From Dehalococcoidia bacterium (GTDB lineage Bacteria; Chloroflexota; Dehalococcoidia; DSTF01; JACRBR01), in contig JBBRPY010000004.1 in the NCBI GenBank assembly GCA_038227375.1, positions 39,565 to 103,564 on the forward strand: 64,000 nt of DNA, given 5' to 3'. Numbering within the stretch: the first letter of the stretch is position 1; each line of letters starts with the position of its first letter. Below the pieces are notes generated by a model. The model was not told the origin of the DNA and did no database searches. It worked only from the letters and a program-made list of their open reading frames with translations. A program made the translations under genes and the position numbers. Of this stretch, positions 37,584 through 46,175 are shown one piece after another.

Positions 37584-38987
37584 CTACGCCCGCGTTAGCG
37601 CAGCGATCTGATCGAGGTACAGCCGCGCCCCGTGTTCCTCGCAGAGCGCGGAGGCGCGTTCGAGATAGCCGTCGGCGCCAGCAGTCTCCCCGCGCCGGAC
37701 GGCGACGCGAGCGAGGCCCAGCAGACAGCGCGCGGCGTCGAGCGGACAGCGCTCGCGCTCGGCCCACGCGAGTCCTGTCGCGAATCGCTCCTGCGCCAGG
37801 TCCACCAGCTCCAGCCGGAGCGCGATGGCGCCTCGGGTGTCTCCATCGCCCCGCCCCTGCAGCGGCGCGTAGACGCTGCCGCCAGGGCGCTTCTCGTAGG
37901 CGTCGTGGACCTCCGACAGCAGATCGTCGCTGCCCAGCGTCGCAAGGCAATCGGACAGCACCGGCGCCTCCTGACAGAAGCTCTCTCCCTTTCGGGCGAC
38001 GTCCGCCCAGGCGATGAGCTCTTGCTGCGCGGCATCGAACCGCCCGGCGTGGAACAGCAGGCCGCAGGCGGCGGCGTGCGTCTGCGACACCGCCGTCAGC
38101 GCGCCGCCGCCGCGTTCGGGATCGACGAGCAGGGAGAGCGCGGCGGGTATGTCGCCGCGCAGCTCCGCCATCCACATGCGGTAGAGATCGGCGCGAAAGT
38201 CGCTGATTGCCGGCGTCTCGTGCAGAAGCGCCTCGCACCGCGCGAAGTCGCAGCGGGCGAAGGCCTCGCCCGCGAGGTCCATCAGCGCCAGCTGCTCTGG
38301 AAAGCGCAGATGCACCGACCGCGCGTAGTCGACCGCCTCGCGGGCGAGTGCGGCCCCGCGGTCGAGCAGGCCCGCCTGCAACACGCCGAACGCCGCGCCG
38401 CGCAGGACCTGCGCGGCGCCCTGATATTGACGCTGGATCACATGGAACTCGTGTGCCTTCCGCCACACCGAGATCGCCTCATCTACGCGACCGTCGTCGA
38501 ACGACGTCCAGGCGTCACGCTCCGTCTTGAACATGAGCACGTCTTCGAAGCCATGCTTCTCCGCAAGCGCGACCGCTTCGTCGACCTGCCACGACCGCAA
38601 CAGCAGCAGGGCGCGCAGATGCGGCGAGCCGTCGCCGAGGGCCTCGGTCGCCTCCTCCGCCATCGCGCGATGCCGCTCGGGCGGGCCCCAGATCCGCAGG
38701 ATCTCCAGCGTGGCGCGCGCCATGCCGGGGCCGTCGCCGCGCTCCCGGTACAGCGCGATGGCCCGTCGTAGCGTGCGCCACGCCATCCTCGTCCCGGACA
38801 TGTTCCAGTAGCAGCGGCCGAGCGCGGTCAGCAGGTCCGGCTCGCGCGCCGCCATGGCGGTGCCGGCGATCGCCGTCAGGCATGCTTCGTACGCCGCGGC
38901 GGCGTCATCCCAGAGCGTCGCTTCTTCCGCCCGCTCGGCGACGGCGAGCTGCTCGCTCGCTTTTGCGATCTCAGAGTCGCTTCCCAT
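37584..38987 (-). CDS. TPR-like repeat protein (hypothetical)
   Basis: Helical-repeat composition throughout (..ALGRCYWNMSGTRMAWRTLRRAIALYRERGD.. and so on). The start is taken at ATG 38987, preceded by GGAGG; the ORF track begins at TTG 39035. Confidence 0.55.
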   Translation of the reverse strand: MGSDSEIAKASEQLAVAERAEEATLWDDAAAAYEACLTAIAGTAMAAREPDLLTALGRCYWNMSGTRMAWRTLRRAIALYRERGDGPGMARATLEILRIWGPPERHRAMAEEATEALGDGSPHLRALLLLRSWQVDEAVALAEKHGFEDVLMFKTERDAWTSFDDGRVDEAISVWRKAHEFHVIQRQYQGAAQVLRGAAFGVLQAGLLDRGAALAREAVDYARSVHLRFPEQLALMDLAGEAFARCDFARCEALLHETPAISDFRADLYRMWMAELRGDIPAALSLLVDPERGGGALTAVSQTHAAACGLLFHAGRFDAAQQELIAWADVARKGESFCQEAPVLSDCLATLGSDDLLSEVHDAYEKRPGGSVYAPLQGRGDGDTRGAIALRLELVDLAQERFATGLAWAERERCPLDAARCLLGLARVAVRRGETAGADGYLERASALCEEHGARLYLDQIAALTRA

Positions 38988-39128
38988 CACCACCGCCTCC
39001 GCTCCCCGATGCTGTGCTTCCGAATGCTGAATCAATGTCTACGACGGGCGCAGCGGCGTGTCAACCGCCGCCGCACGCGCACGCCGGCTATGCGCGGTCT
39101 GAGGCTTGACCATCGCCACGCGGCCGAG

Positions 39129-39149
39129 TTAGTGTACATGTGACACTAA
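39129..39149. promoter_or_regulatory. 21-bp palindrome TTAGTGT-ACATGTG-ACACTAA upstream of nadB (candidate NAD-regulon operator, NrtR-like GT-N7-AC core)
   Basis: Perfect 7+7 inverted repeat 31 nt upstream of the nadB ATG, in an AT-richer patch. Confidence 0.4.
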
Positions 39150-39179
39150 GTCTAGGCGCGCGCAGGCGAAGGGCAGGGC

Positions 39180-40724
39180 ATGCAGCCTCGATTCGATTTC
39201 ATCATCGTCGGCTCCGGCATCGCCGGCCTCTACGCCGCGCTGCTCGCGCGCCGGCACGGCTCCGTCTGCGTGCTGACCAAGGGTGGCATCGACGAGTGCA
39301 ATACGAAGTACGCCCAGGGCGGCATCGCCGCGGCCGTCGGCGCCGACGATACTCCCGAGCTCCACCTCCAGGACACGATCGACGCCGGCGCCGGGCTCGT
39401 CGACGAAGAGGCGGCACGCATCCTCGTGGAAGCGGCGACCGACCGCATCCACGACCTCGTCGACTTCGGCGTGCCCTTCGACAGCGCCGACGGCGAGGTC
39501 GCCCTCGGCCGCGAAGCGGCGCACAGCCGCAGCCGCATCTTGCACGCGGGCGGCGACTCGACGGGCGCGCACATCGAGCTATCACTGAGCGGGCTGGCGC
39601 GCATGTCGCGGTTCACGATCAAGGAGCACGTCCAGGTCGAAGAGATTCTCATCGAACACGGCCGGGCGGTTGCGCTCGCCGCACTCGACACGCGCACGAA
39701 CATCAGCGAGCGCTTCGACGCAGGCGCGATCATCCTCGCCAGCGGTGGCTGCGGGCAGCTCTTCCGCGTCAGCACAAATCCGGACGTCGCGACGGGCGAC
39801 GGCGTCGCGCTCGCCTACCGCGCGGGCGCCGAGGTCCAGGACATGGAGTTCATCCAGTTTCACCCGACGGCGCTGCGCCTTCCCAGCGTGCCGATCTTCC
39901 TCATTTCGGAGGCGGTGCGCGGCGAGGGCGGCGTGCTCTTGAACACGGCCGGCGAGCGCTTCATGGCCGCGTACGACGCGAAGGCCGAGCTGGCGCCGCG
40001 CGACATCGTCGCGCGGGCGATCGTCAGCGAAATGCAGCGGACCGGGACGGACCGCGTGTACCTGGACATCACGCACCTGCCCGGCACGCGGATCACCGCG
40101 CGCTTCCCGCAGATCTATCGCTACTGTCTGGACCACGGCGTCGACATCACGAAGGAGCCGGTGCCGGTGTCGCCGGCGGCGCACTACATGATGGGCGGCG
40201 TGCGGACCAACACCTGGGGCGAGACGACCATCCGCGGCCTCTACGCCTGCGGTGAGGTTGCCTGCACCGGCGTCCACGGCGCGAACCGCCTGGCCAGCAA
40301 CTCGCTGCTCGAGACCGTGGTGTTCGCCAAGCGCATCGTCGAGCGCATCACCTCGAATGCCGGCGAGCCGCCACCGCCGGTGCCGGATGCGTCCGACCTC
40401 CCGCCGTGCGCGAACGAGCCGGGAGGCGCACCCGACCGCGCTTCGCTCCAGGCGCTAATGTGGGATAAGGTGGGCATCGTGCGCGACGGAGACGGCCTCG
40501 CGTCGGCGGCGCGGCAACTCGCTGCGTGGCGCTCGGCGCTTCCCGAAGCGAACGATCGCGCGTCGCACGAGGTGGCGAACATGGTGCTCGTCGGGCGGTT
40601 GATGGCAGAAGCGGCGCGGCAACGCGAGGAGAGCCGGGGCGCGCACTACCGCACGGACTTCCCGCTGGCGAGCGACGAGTGGCGACGCCACATCACCTTC
40701 CGGAAGAACGCGCCGGCGGGCTGA
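39180..40724 (+). CDS. nadB: L-aspartate oxidase
   Basis: Contains FDFIIVGSGIAGLYAALLA...TKYAQGGIAAA...HYMMGGVRTN...GLYACGEVACTGVHGANRLASNSLLE. Confidence 0.95.
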   Translation: MQPRFDFIIVGSGIAGLYAALLARRHGSVCVLTKGGIDECNTKYAQGGIAAAVGADDTPELHLQDTIDAGAGLVDEEAARILVEAATDRIHDLVDFGVPFDSADGEVALGREAAHSRSRILHAGGDSTGAHIELSLSGLARMSRFTIKEHVQVEEILIEHGRAVALAALDTRTNISERFDAGAIILASGGCGQLFRVSTNPDVATGDGVALAYRAGAEVQDMEFIQFHPTALRLPSVPIFLISEAVRGEGGVLLNTAGERFMAAYDAKAELAPRDIVARAIVSEMQRTGTDRVYLDITHLPGTRITARFPQIYRYCLDHGVDITKEPVPVSPAAHYMMGGVRTNTWGETTIRGLYACGEVACTGVHGANRLASNSLLETVVFAKRIVERITSNAGEPPPPVPDASDLPPCANEPGGAPDRASLQALMWDKVGIVRDGDGLASAARQLAAWRSALPEANDRASHEVANMVLVGRLMAEAARQREESRGAHYRTDFPLASDEWRRHITFRKNAPAG

Positions 40725-40764
40725 CCCGGCGCTGCGGTTCGATACCCCACCAACCGGAGTCGAC

Positions 40765-41637
40765 ATGGCTGACGCACTGGCGCCCATCGCTCCATACATC
40801 GTGCAGGAGGCCGTCCTCGCGGCACTAAGGGAGGATGGCGCCGGCGACGACATCACGACGCGCGCGATCGTGCGGCCGGACCAATGGGGCCACGGCGTCT
40901 TCGTCGCGAAGGAGCTGGGGGTGCTGGCCGGCCTGCCGGTCGCCGCGGCGGCGATGACGGCGCTGGACGAGACCGTCTCCTTCGACACGCTGGTCGCTGA
41001 GGGCGAGCGCGTCGCGCCGGGCAGCGAGCTGGCGGAGGTGGAGGGCCCGTTGGCGGCGATCCTCAATGCCGAGCGGGTGGCGTTGAATTTCCTCCAGCGC
41101 CTGTCGGGCATCGCCACGCTGACGCGCGAGTTCGTCGATGCGGTCGCGGGCACGGGCGCGCGCATCCTCGACACGCGGAAGACGACGCCGGGGCTGAGGC
41201 AGTTCGAGCGGTACGCCGTGCGCGCGGGCGGCGGCGGCAATCATCGCTTCAACCTCTCGACTGCGGTGCTGATCAAGGACAACCACATCGAGGCGGCGCG
41301 CCAGGCCGGCATCGGCGACGTCGCCGCTGTTGTCGCCGCGGCGCGCGCGGCAGCGCCGCACACCACCCGCATTGAGGTGGAGGTAACCGATGCGGAACAG
41401 CTCAAGGAAGCGATCGAAGCCCGTGCCGATGTTGTCCTGCTCGACAACATGAGCCCGGGCCAGATCCGAGACTGCGTGCAGATCGCCGCCGGGCACGTGC
41501 AGATCGAGGCTTCCGGCGGCGTCAGCCTCGAAAACGTGCGCGCGATCGCCGAGGCCGGCGTCGACTTCATCTCGGTCGGGCGGCTCACGCACTCCGCCCC
41601 GGCGCTGGACATCAGCCTCGAGATCAGCGGCCTCTGA
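40765..41637 (+). CDS. nadC: nicotinate-nucleotide diphosphorylase (carboxylating)
   Basis: Contains ..AERVALNFLQRLSGIATLT...ILDTRKTTPGLRQFERYAVRAGGG.NHRF.L..AVLIKDNH. Confidence 0.95.
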   Translation: MADALAPIAPYIVQEAVLAALREDGAGDDITTRAIVRPDQWGHGVFVAKELGVLAGLPVAAAAMTALDETVSFDTLVAEGERVAPGSELAEVEGPLAAILNAERVALNFLQRLSGIATLTREFVDAVAGTGARILDTRKTTPGLRQFERYAVRAGGGGNHRFNLSTAVLIKDNHIEAARQAGIGDVAAVVAAARAAAPHTTRIEVEVTDAEQLKEAIEARADVVLLDNMSPGQIRDCVQIAAGHVQIEASGGVSLENVRAIAEAGVDFISVGRLTHSAPALDISLEISGL

Positions 41638-42191
41638 TGTCGCAGATCGTCATCATCTCCGGACCGCCCGGCGCCGGAAAGAGCACCGTAGCCGAGTCCT
41701 TGTGCGGACGCTACGACCGGACGGTGCACCTGAAGACCGACGAGCTGTACGCATCGATCCGGATGGGGTACACGAAGCCGTGGCTGCCCGAATCGGACCG
41801 GCAGAATCGCATGGTGACGCGGGCGGCGGCGCGCGCGGCCGTGGCCTTCGCGCAGGAGCTGTACGCCGTGTTCGTCGACGGCGTCATCAGTCCGAGCTTG
41901 CTCGCGATCTACGTCGAGGAACTCCGTGAGGCGCACGTGCCGGTGCATCTCGCGGTGCTGCTCCCGTCACTTGAGGAGACGGTGCGACGCGGGGTCTCGC
42001 GAGAGGAGACGCTTCGCGTGCCGGAGGATAAACTGCGCGAGGCGCACCAGAGGTTCACAGCGTACGGCGCATCTAGTGGCGGATGCCTGATCGACAACTC
42101 CGCGCTCTCCGCAGACGAAACCGCGGATCGGATCATGGATGCCTGCGGGCGCGGCGACTGCCTCGTCTACCCGCCGGCGCCAGAAGATTAG
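41637..42191 (+). CDS. P-loop kinase/ATPase (AAA_33-like), translationally coupled to nadC
   Basis: [22 protein letters not shown] (Walker A); 184 aa. The start overlaps the nadC stop (TGATG). Confidence 0.65.
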   Translation: MSQIVIISGPPGAGKSTVAESLCGRYDRTVHLKTDELYASIRMGYTKPWLPESDRQNRMVTRAAARAAVAFAQELYAVFVDGVISPSLLAIYVEELREAHVPVHLAVLLPSLEETVRRGVSREETLRVPEDKLREAHQRFTAYGASSGGCLIDNSALSADETADRIMDACGRGDCLVYPPAPED

Positions 42192-42649
42192 TCCCGGGGC
42201 CGCCCGTCGCCGGCGCTGTCGAGGAAGATCGTCACCGGTCCGTCGTTCACCGACGCCACGCGCATCGCGGCGCCAAAGCGCCCGCATGCGACGCGAACGC
42301 CGAGATCGCGCAGCGATGATGCGAAGTGCTCGACGAGCGGCGCGGCCACATCGGGCGGCGCCGCGTCGGTGAAATTGGGGCGGCGGCCTCGCCTGGTGTC
42401 GGCGAGGAGGGTGAACTGCGAGACGACGAGCGCTTCGCCTCCGGTATCGAGCAGCGAGCGATGGAAGCGACCCTCGTCGTCGGCGAAGATGCGCAGTTCG
42501 GCGCACTTCCGCGCCATCGCCCGCGCGGTAGCGGCGTCGTCACCTTGGGCGATGCCGACGAAGAGCAGGAGGCCGGGCCCGATCGCGCCGGCTACGTCGT
42601 CGCCGACGGTCACCCGTGCGCTGGTCACGCGCTGCGCTACGACCTTCAC
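42188..42649 (-). CDS. dtd: D-aminoacyl-tRNA deacylase
   Basis: [15 protein letters not shown]...[13 protein letters not shown]...[20 protein letters not shown] (GTG start). Confidence 0.92.
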   Translation of the reverse strand: MKVVAQRVTSARVTVGDDVAGAIGPGLLLFVGIAQGDDAATARAMARKCAELRIFADDEGRFHRSLLDTGGEALVVSQFTLLADTRRGRRPNFTDAAPPDVAAPLVEHFASSLRDLGVRVACGRFGAAMRVASVNDGPVTIFLDSAGDGRPRD

Positions 42650-42655
42650 GCGGCG

Positions 42656-43030
42656 CTAGCTGGCCGCCGCCGTCTCGGTCGTCGTGGTGTGCTTCTTGGC
42701 CGCGGCGGTCTCCTTCTTGGCGGGAGCGGCGGGCTTGCCGTCCGCGCCGTCGGTGGACGAGGAGGAGCCGCTGTCGCCGCCCGCCGCATCACCGTTTGCC
42801 GACGCGGCGGCAGGGGTTGCGGGCGCGGCCTCCGCCGTCTCGCCGCTCTTGCCGCGGCTGTCGGTCTTGTAAAATCCGCCGCCCTTGAAGACGACGGGTG
42901 GCGCATACAGCACGCGCTGCGCCGCGAGCTTGCGGCAGAACTGGCACTTTTGCTTCGCCAGCGCGTCGAAGCCTTCGCGCTTTTCGTAGCGCTTGCCGCA
43001 ACTGGCGCAGAGATATTCGTAGGTCGGCAC
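42656..43030 (-). CDS. FmdB-family zinc-ribbon protein with low-complexity Ala/Thr/Lys tail
   Basis: MPTYEYLCASCGKRYEKREGF...QKCQFCRKL (CxxC...CxxC). GTG start with GGAGGG upstream. Confidence 0.8.
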   Translation of the reverse strand: MPTYEYLCASCGKRYEKREGFDALAKQKCQFCRKLAAQRVLYAPPVVFKGGGFYKTDSRGKSGETAEAAPATPAAASANGDAAGGDSGSSSSTDGADGKPAAPAKKETAAAKKHTTTTETAAAS

Positions 43031-43100
43031 TGATCACCCTCCGGGTACGCGGGACTGCCTAAAGTCTAGCGATTCAGTCAGGAATACGCCACGGGGACCT

Positions 43101-43868
43101 CTAGGGATCAGCAGGACGGTTCGGGTTGGCGGACTGCGGTCCGGCGTAGAGGTCGTCGTACTGCACGTCTGCCGACGCGGGCGCGTCCTGTACGTCGCGC
43201 CCATCGAGCCGCACGCCGATGCCAATGTCGACGCTGGTCCAGCGAGCGGGCACGTGCTGGAATCGATCCGCGAACGCCTGCCGCACCGGGTAGCTGAAGT
43301 AGGTCCAGCGGCCCAGAGCAGGCGGATTCCGGCTGAGGAAGACGTATTGCACGTCGGGCTCGAGGGATGGCTCGATCGCGGCGCCGATGACGAAGCGGAT
43401 CTCGTGCGCCGGCGCGCCGTTCCCGAAGTCGCCGCCGTGCACCGTGACCGTGAAGTAGACGTATTGGAACGTCGCGCGGGGCTGCCAGTCGGTGATCCGG
43501 TAGAACCCGGACACGAACTCCGGGAACTCCGCCGGCGCCGTGCCCTGCACCGACGAGACGGCGCGCGTGCCGCCCTCGCCGGTCGCGGCATCGAGCTTGA
43601 GTTCGGCGCTGCGGTCGCCGCCGTGTGGGCGGTCATCTGACAGCGAGACCGGCGGCGCATCGGACGGCGGGATGGTCGAGGGGATCCATGGCGGGCCGCC
43701 CTCTTCGAAGCCGGGGTTCACCAGGATGTTCGACGACGCTCCGGACTGCGTTGGCACGGGAGGGGGAGCGTCGAAGACGCCGCAGGCGGAGGTAGCAACG
43801 ACGAGACAGGCGGTGATGCCGCAAGACGCTAGCCATCGAACGCTGTCACCCCGCCGCGCCTTGATCAT
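43101..43868 (-). CDS. hypothetical lipoprotein
   Basis: MIKARRGDSVRWLASCGITACLVVATSACG (lipobox), then ILVNPGFEEGGPPW. I recognise no catalytic motif. Confidence 0.5.
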   Translation of the reverse strand: MIKARRGDSVRWLASCGITACLVVATSACGVFDAPPPVPTQSGASSNILVNPGFEEGGPPWIPSTIPPSDAPPVSLSDDRPHGGDRSAELKLDAATGEGGTRAVSSVQGTAPAEFPEFVSGFYRITDWQPRATFQYVYFTVTVHGGDFGNGAPAHEIRFVIGAAIEPSLEPDVQYVFLSRNPPALGRWTYFSYPVRQAFADRFQHVPARWTSVDIGIGVRLDGRDVQDAPASADVQYDDLYAGPQSANPNRPADP

Positions 43869-43969
43869 CCCGCTGTTAGTACACGCCCTCCTCAATGAAG
43901 GTCAAGCCGACGATACTTCATCCGGACGGGCGAAAGCCGCGGCGAGCGTCTCCACGTATAGTTGGTGAA

Positions 43970-44614
43970 ATGCATGATCCCGAGCCGCCGAGAGTGTCGC
44001 TTCTGGAACGGCCGATCGCGCGCGCCGCCATCGCCGCCGTCATCCTCGCGATCCTCGCGCTCGGCGTCGTTGCCCTCAACGCCACCAGAGGAGGCAGCGC
44101 GAAGCCGCAGGCGACGGCCGGCGAGCCGGAGGCGCCGCTGCGGGCGGCGACCACCGACGAAGCCGGCATCGGCCCGATCGGCGACAGCGCGCCGATCATC
44201 AACCGGCCCGCGCCCGACTTCGCGCTTCGCAGCAGCGACGGCAAGGTCATTCGGCTGAGCGACCTCCGCGGCAGCGTCGTCTGGGTGAACTTCTGGGCGA
44301 GCTGGTGTGTCCCCTGCAAGAAGGAACTGCCCGACATCCAGAAACTGTACGACGAGAAGCACGCCGCCGGCCTGGAAGTCCTCGCCGTGAACTATCAGGA
44401 GGACGCCGCCACCGCCAGCGGCTTCTTCTCCACCCGCTCGTTGACGCTGCCGCTGCTCCTCGACACGAGCGGGTCGGTGTACAACGCCTATCGCCTGCAG
44501 GGGCTGCCCGACAGCTTCTTCGTCGACCGCGACGGCAACGTATCGGGGCTGCAATTCGGGTTCCTGACGGAAGCAAAGATGCGCGAGCGTCTCGCTGCCG
44601 CGGGCCTGCCGTGA
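43970..44614 (+). CDS. TlpA/ResA-like thiol-disulfide oxidoreductase (membrane-anchored thioredoxin fold)
   Basis: TM anchor AAIAAVILAILALGVVAL and active site VWVNFWASWCVPCKKELP. The start is taken at ATG 43970. Confidence 0.82.
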   Translation: MHDPEPPRVSLLERPIARAAIAAVILAILALGVVALNATRGGSAKPQATAGEPEAPLRAATTDEAGIGPIGDSAPIINRPAPDFALRSSDGKVIRLSDLRGSVVWVNFWASWCVPCKKELPDIQKLYDEKHAAGLEVLAVNYQEDAATASGFFSTRSLTLPLLLDTSGSVYNAYRLQGLPDSFFVDRDGNVSGLQFGFLTEAKMRERLAAAGLP

Positions 44615-44622
44615 TTAGTCGC

Positions 44623-44664
44623 TGGTCATCGGTGAATGGCGATTTGGTGATTGGTGACTGGTTG
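44623..44664 (+). repeat. heptanucleotide tandem array TGGTCAT CGGTGAA TGGCGAT TTGGTGA TTGGTGA CTGGTTG
   Basis: Begins 9 nt after the stop at 44614. Same unit and orientation as 45168-45212. Confidence 0.8.
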
Positions 44665-44810
44665 CCGGGACGCCGCGAGAGCATCCCTTCGGATGTTCGT
44701 TGAGCAGTCGCAGCGCGCCATCGGGATCGTTGGTAACATCCAAGGCGCATGGCCACGGCGCGCAGCTCCCCTTGTCGAAACAACGGGGCTCATCACCAAA
44801 GAGAGGCAGC

Positions 44811-45164
44811 ATGGCGAATCAACAAGTCGGATCTCTCGACGCGCCGAATGAAGTTCTGAACATGGAGCACGGCAAGATCGATGTCGTCCACATCGCGGGC
44901 GGCGGTGTCGGCCGCGCTACGTTCCAGCCCGGCTGGAAGTGGTCGGAGCATGAGAAGCCGGTCGTCGGCGGCGGCGAGTACTGCGAAGCGCCGCACTTCG
45001 TCTACCTCGTTGGCGGGCAGCTCCACATCGTGATGTCGGACGGGAATGAGTTTGACCTGAAAGCGGGCGACGTCGCGACCATCCCCGCCGGCCATGATGG
45101 ATGGGTCGTCGGCGACAAGCCCGTGACGATGTTCGACTTCGGAGGAGTGGCGAAACCCTTCTAG
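44811..45164 (+). CDS. cupin domain protein
   Basis: MANQQVGSLDAPNEV...ATFQPGWKWSEHEKP...HFVYLVGGQLHIVMSDGNEFDLKAGDVATIPAGHDGWV. GAGAGG lies upstream of ATG 44811. Confidence 0.75.
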   Translation: MANQQVGSLDAPNEVLNMEHGKIDVVHIAGGGVGRATFQPGWKWSEHEKPVVGGGEYCEAPHFVYLVGGQLHIVMSDGNEFDLKAGDVATIPAGHDGWVVGDKPVTMFDFGGVAKPF

Positions 45165-45167
45165 ATG

Positions 45168-45212
45168 TCTGGTCAGTTGGTGATTGGTGTCTCGTGATTG
45201 TTCGGTTCGTTG
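45168..45212 (+). repeat. heptanucleotide tandem array (TGGTCAG TTGGTGA TTGGTGT CTCGTGA TTGTTCG GTTCGTT)
   Basis: Begins 4 nt after the cupin stop. Confidence 0.8.
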
Positions 45213-45306
45213 TCCGGCCTCATCGCCCATTCACGCGTGACCAAGGGGCTGGGACCGCTCGACACCGCGAGCTTCGCGCCGAAGCCGTGACGATCGCTGC
45301 ACTTGA

Positions 45307-45675
45307 TCAATTCGTCGTCGGGCGCATCATCGTGATGAAGCCGGCGTCGCCGATGCCGATGCGGAACTCGATATCCTTGAACTGCTCGAACCGGTACTCC
45401 TGCTGATAGCGCAGGCTGCCGGCGGAGCCGTAGACGCCAAAGGTCTGCGGAAATTGCGTGCGCTTGACCGGCAGCGTCTGCTCGGCGTCCGGCCCCAGGC
45501 GTATGCTCCGGCCATCCTGGAATCGCAGCTCCACCGGCGCCGCCGTGAGGTTCTTGAAGACGAGCCCGCGCTGGTTTCCAGCCACGCCACCGAAGATCAG
45601 CCACGCCACGAGCGCCGACATCGCGATGGCGAAGACGACCATGCCCCCGACGAGCGCGAGGCCCCCTCTAGGCAC
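45307..45675 (-). CDS. hypothetical membrane-anchored protein
   Basis: N-terminal TM segment LALVGGMVVFAIAMSALVAWLIFGG followed by an approximately 90-aa soluble domain. The start (GTG 45675 or ATG 45642) is uncertain. Confidence 0.45.
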   Translation of the reverse strand: MPRGGLALVGGMVVFAIAMSALVAWLIFGGVAGNQRGLVFKNLTAAPVELRFQDGRSIRLGPDAEQTLPVKRTQFPQTFGVYGSAGSLRYQQEYRFEQFKDIEFRIGIGDAGFITMMRPTTN

Positions 45676-45760
45676 GGGCGCCGGATTCGATCCGCATCAT
45701 CGCCGCGTACCCAACACTCGGACGCGTTGGGTGGCGACGGCTCTCGGCACGAACCGACCG

Positions 45761-45799
45761 CAAACAGCAGACGGCAAACAGCAAACAGTGAACATCAAC
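45761..45799 (-). repeat. heptanucleotide tandem array CAAACAG CAGACGG CAAACAG CAAACAG TGAACAT
   Basis: Period-7 repeat read directly from the sequence. It has no partner. Confidence 0.75.
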
Positions 45800-45949
45800 T
45801 TGAGCGTAGCGTGCGCGGATGCGAGGAGCGACAGGCGAGTCTGCGCTTACCGCCGATCGCAACCGGCAGTCGTCGGAACGGACGCGCGCGGTGTGGGTCA
45901 CGGCCGCGTCAAGGACCCGCGCACTGTTAGAGGCTGGTTAACAGGCCTT

Positions 45950-46146
45950 TAACAGGCGGCGTCTACCATGCAGGCGTAGGGCAAGACCGGCGTACAAACG
46001 ACCTCCTTGTACGCAAGGACTAGATGGCGAGGTCGGGGCGCTCATAACTGTAAGGCCACAGACTCAGCGCCCCGGCCCACCGCCTCCCAAGAGCACCAAC
46101 CGCGTCGATGAATCGCGAGGGTCCCCGCCCCTCGCGATTTCTTTTG
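45950..46146 (+). ncRNA. candidate structured small RNA ending at an intrinsic terminator (5' end not defined)
   Basis: The 500-nt gap has no credible ORF. It holds hairpins GCGTACAA-9nt-TTGTACGC (45990-46014) and GGTCGGGGCGCT-23nt-AGCGCCCCGGCC (46031-46077), then the terminator at 46112-46146. I recognise no known RNA family. Confidence 0.3.
46112..46146 (+). terminator. rho-independent terminator
   Basis: Perfect 10-bp stem ATCGCGAGGG/CCCTCGCGAT with a 7-nt loop, followed by TTCTTTTG. Confidence 0.7.
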
Positions 46147-46170
46147 CATCCGGACAGCATCGCCTAGAAT
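46143..46170 (+). promoter_or_regulatory. candidate promoter producing a leaderless mRNA for the hydrolase at 46176
   Basis: TTTGCA/TTGCAT, 15-16 nt, TAGAAT, then 5 nt to the ATG. There is no Shine-Dalgarno site. Confidence 0.35.
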
Positions 46171-46175
46171 CCTCC

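Noticed and set aside
45975-46025. c-di-GMP-I (GEMM) riboswitch resemblance (AGGGCAAGACC ... ACGCAAGGAC)
   Set aside because: Only two short stretches resemble the consensus. The expected GNRA tetraloop and receptor hairpins and the P1 pairing are not present, and the downstream gene has its own promoter after a terminator.
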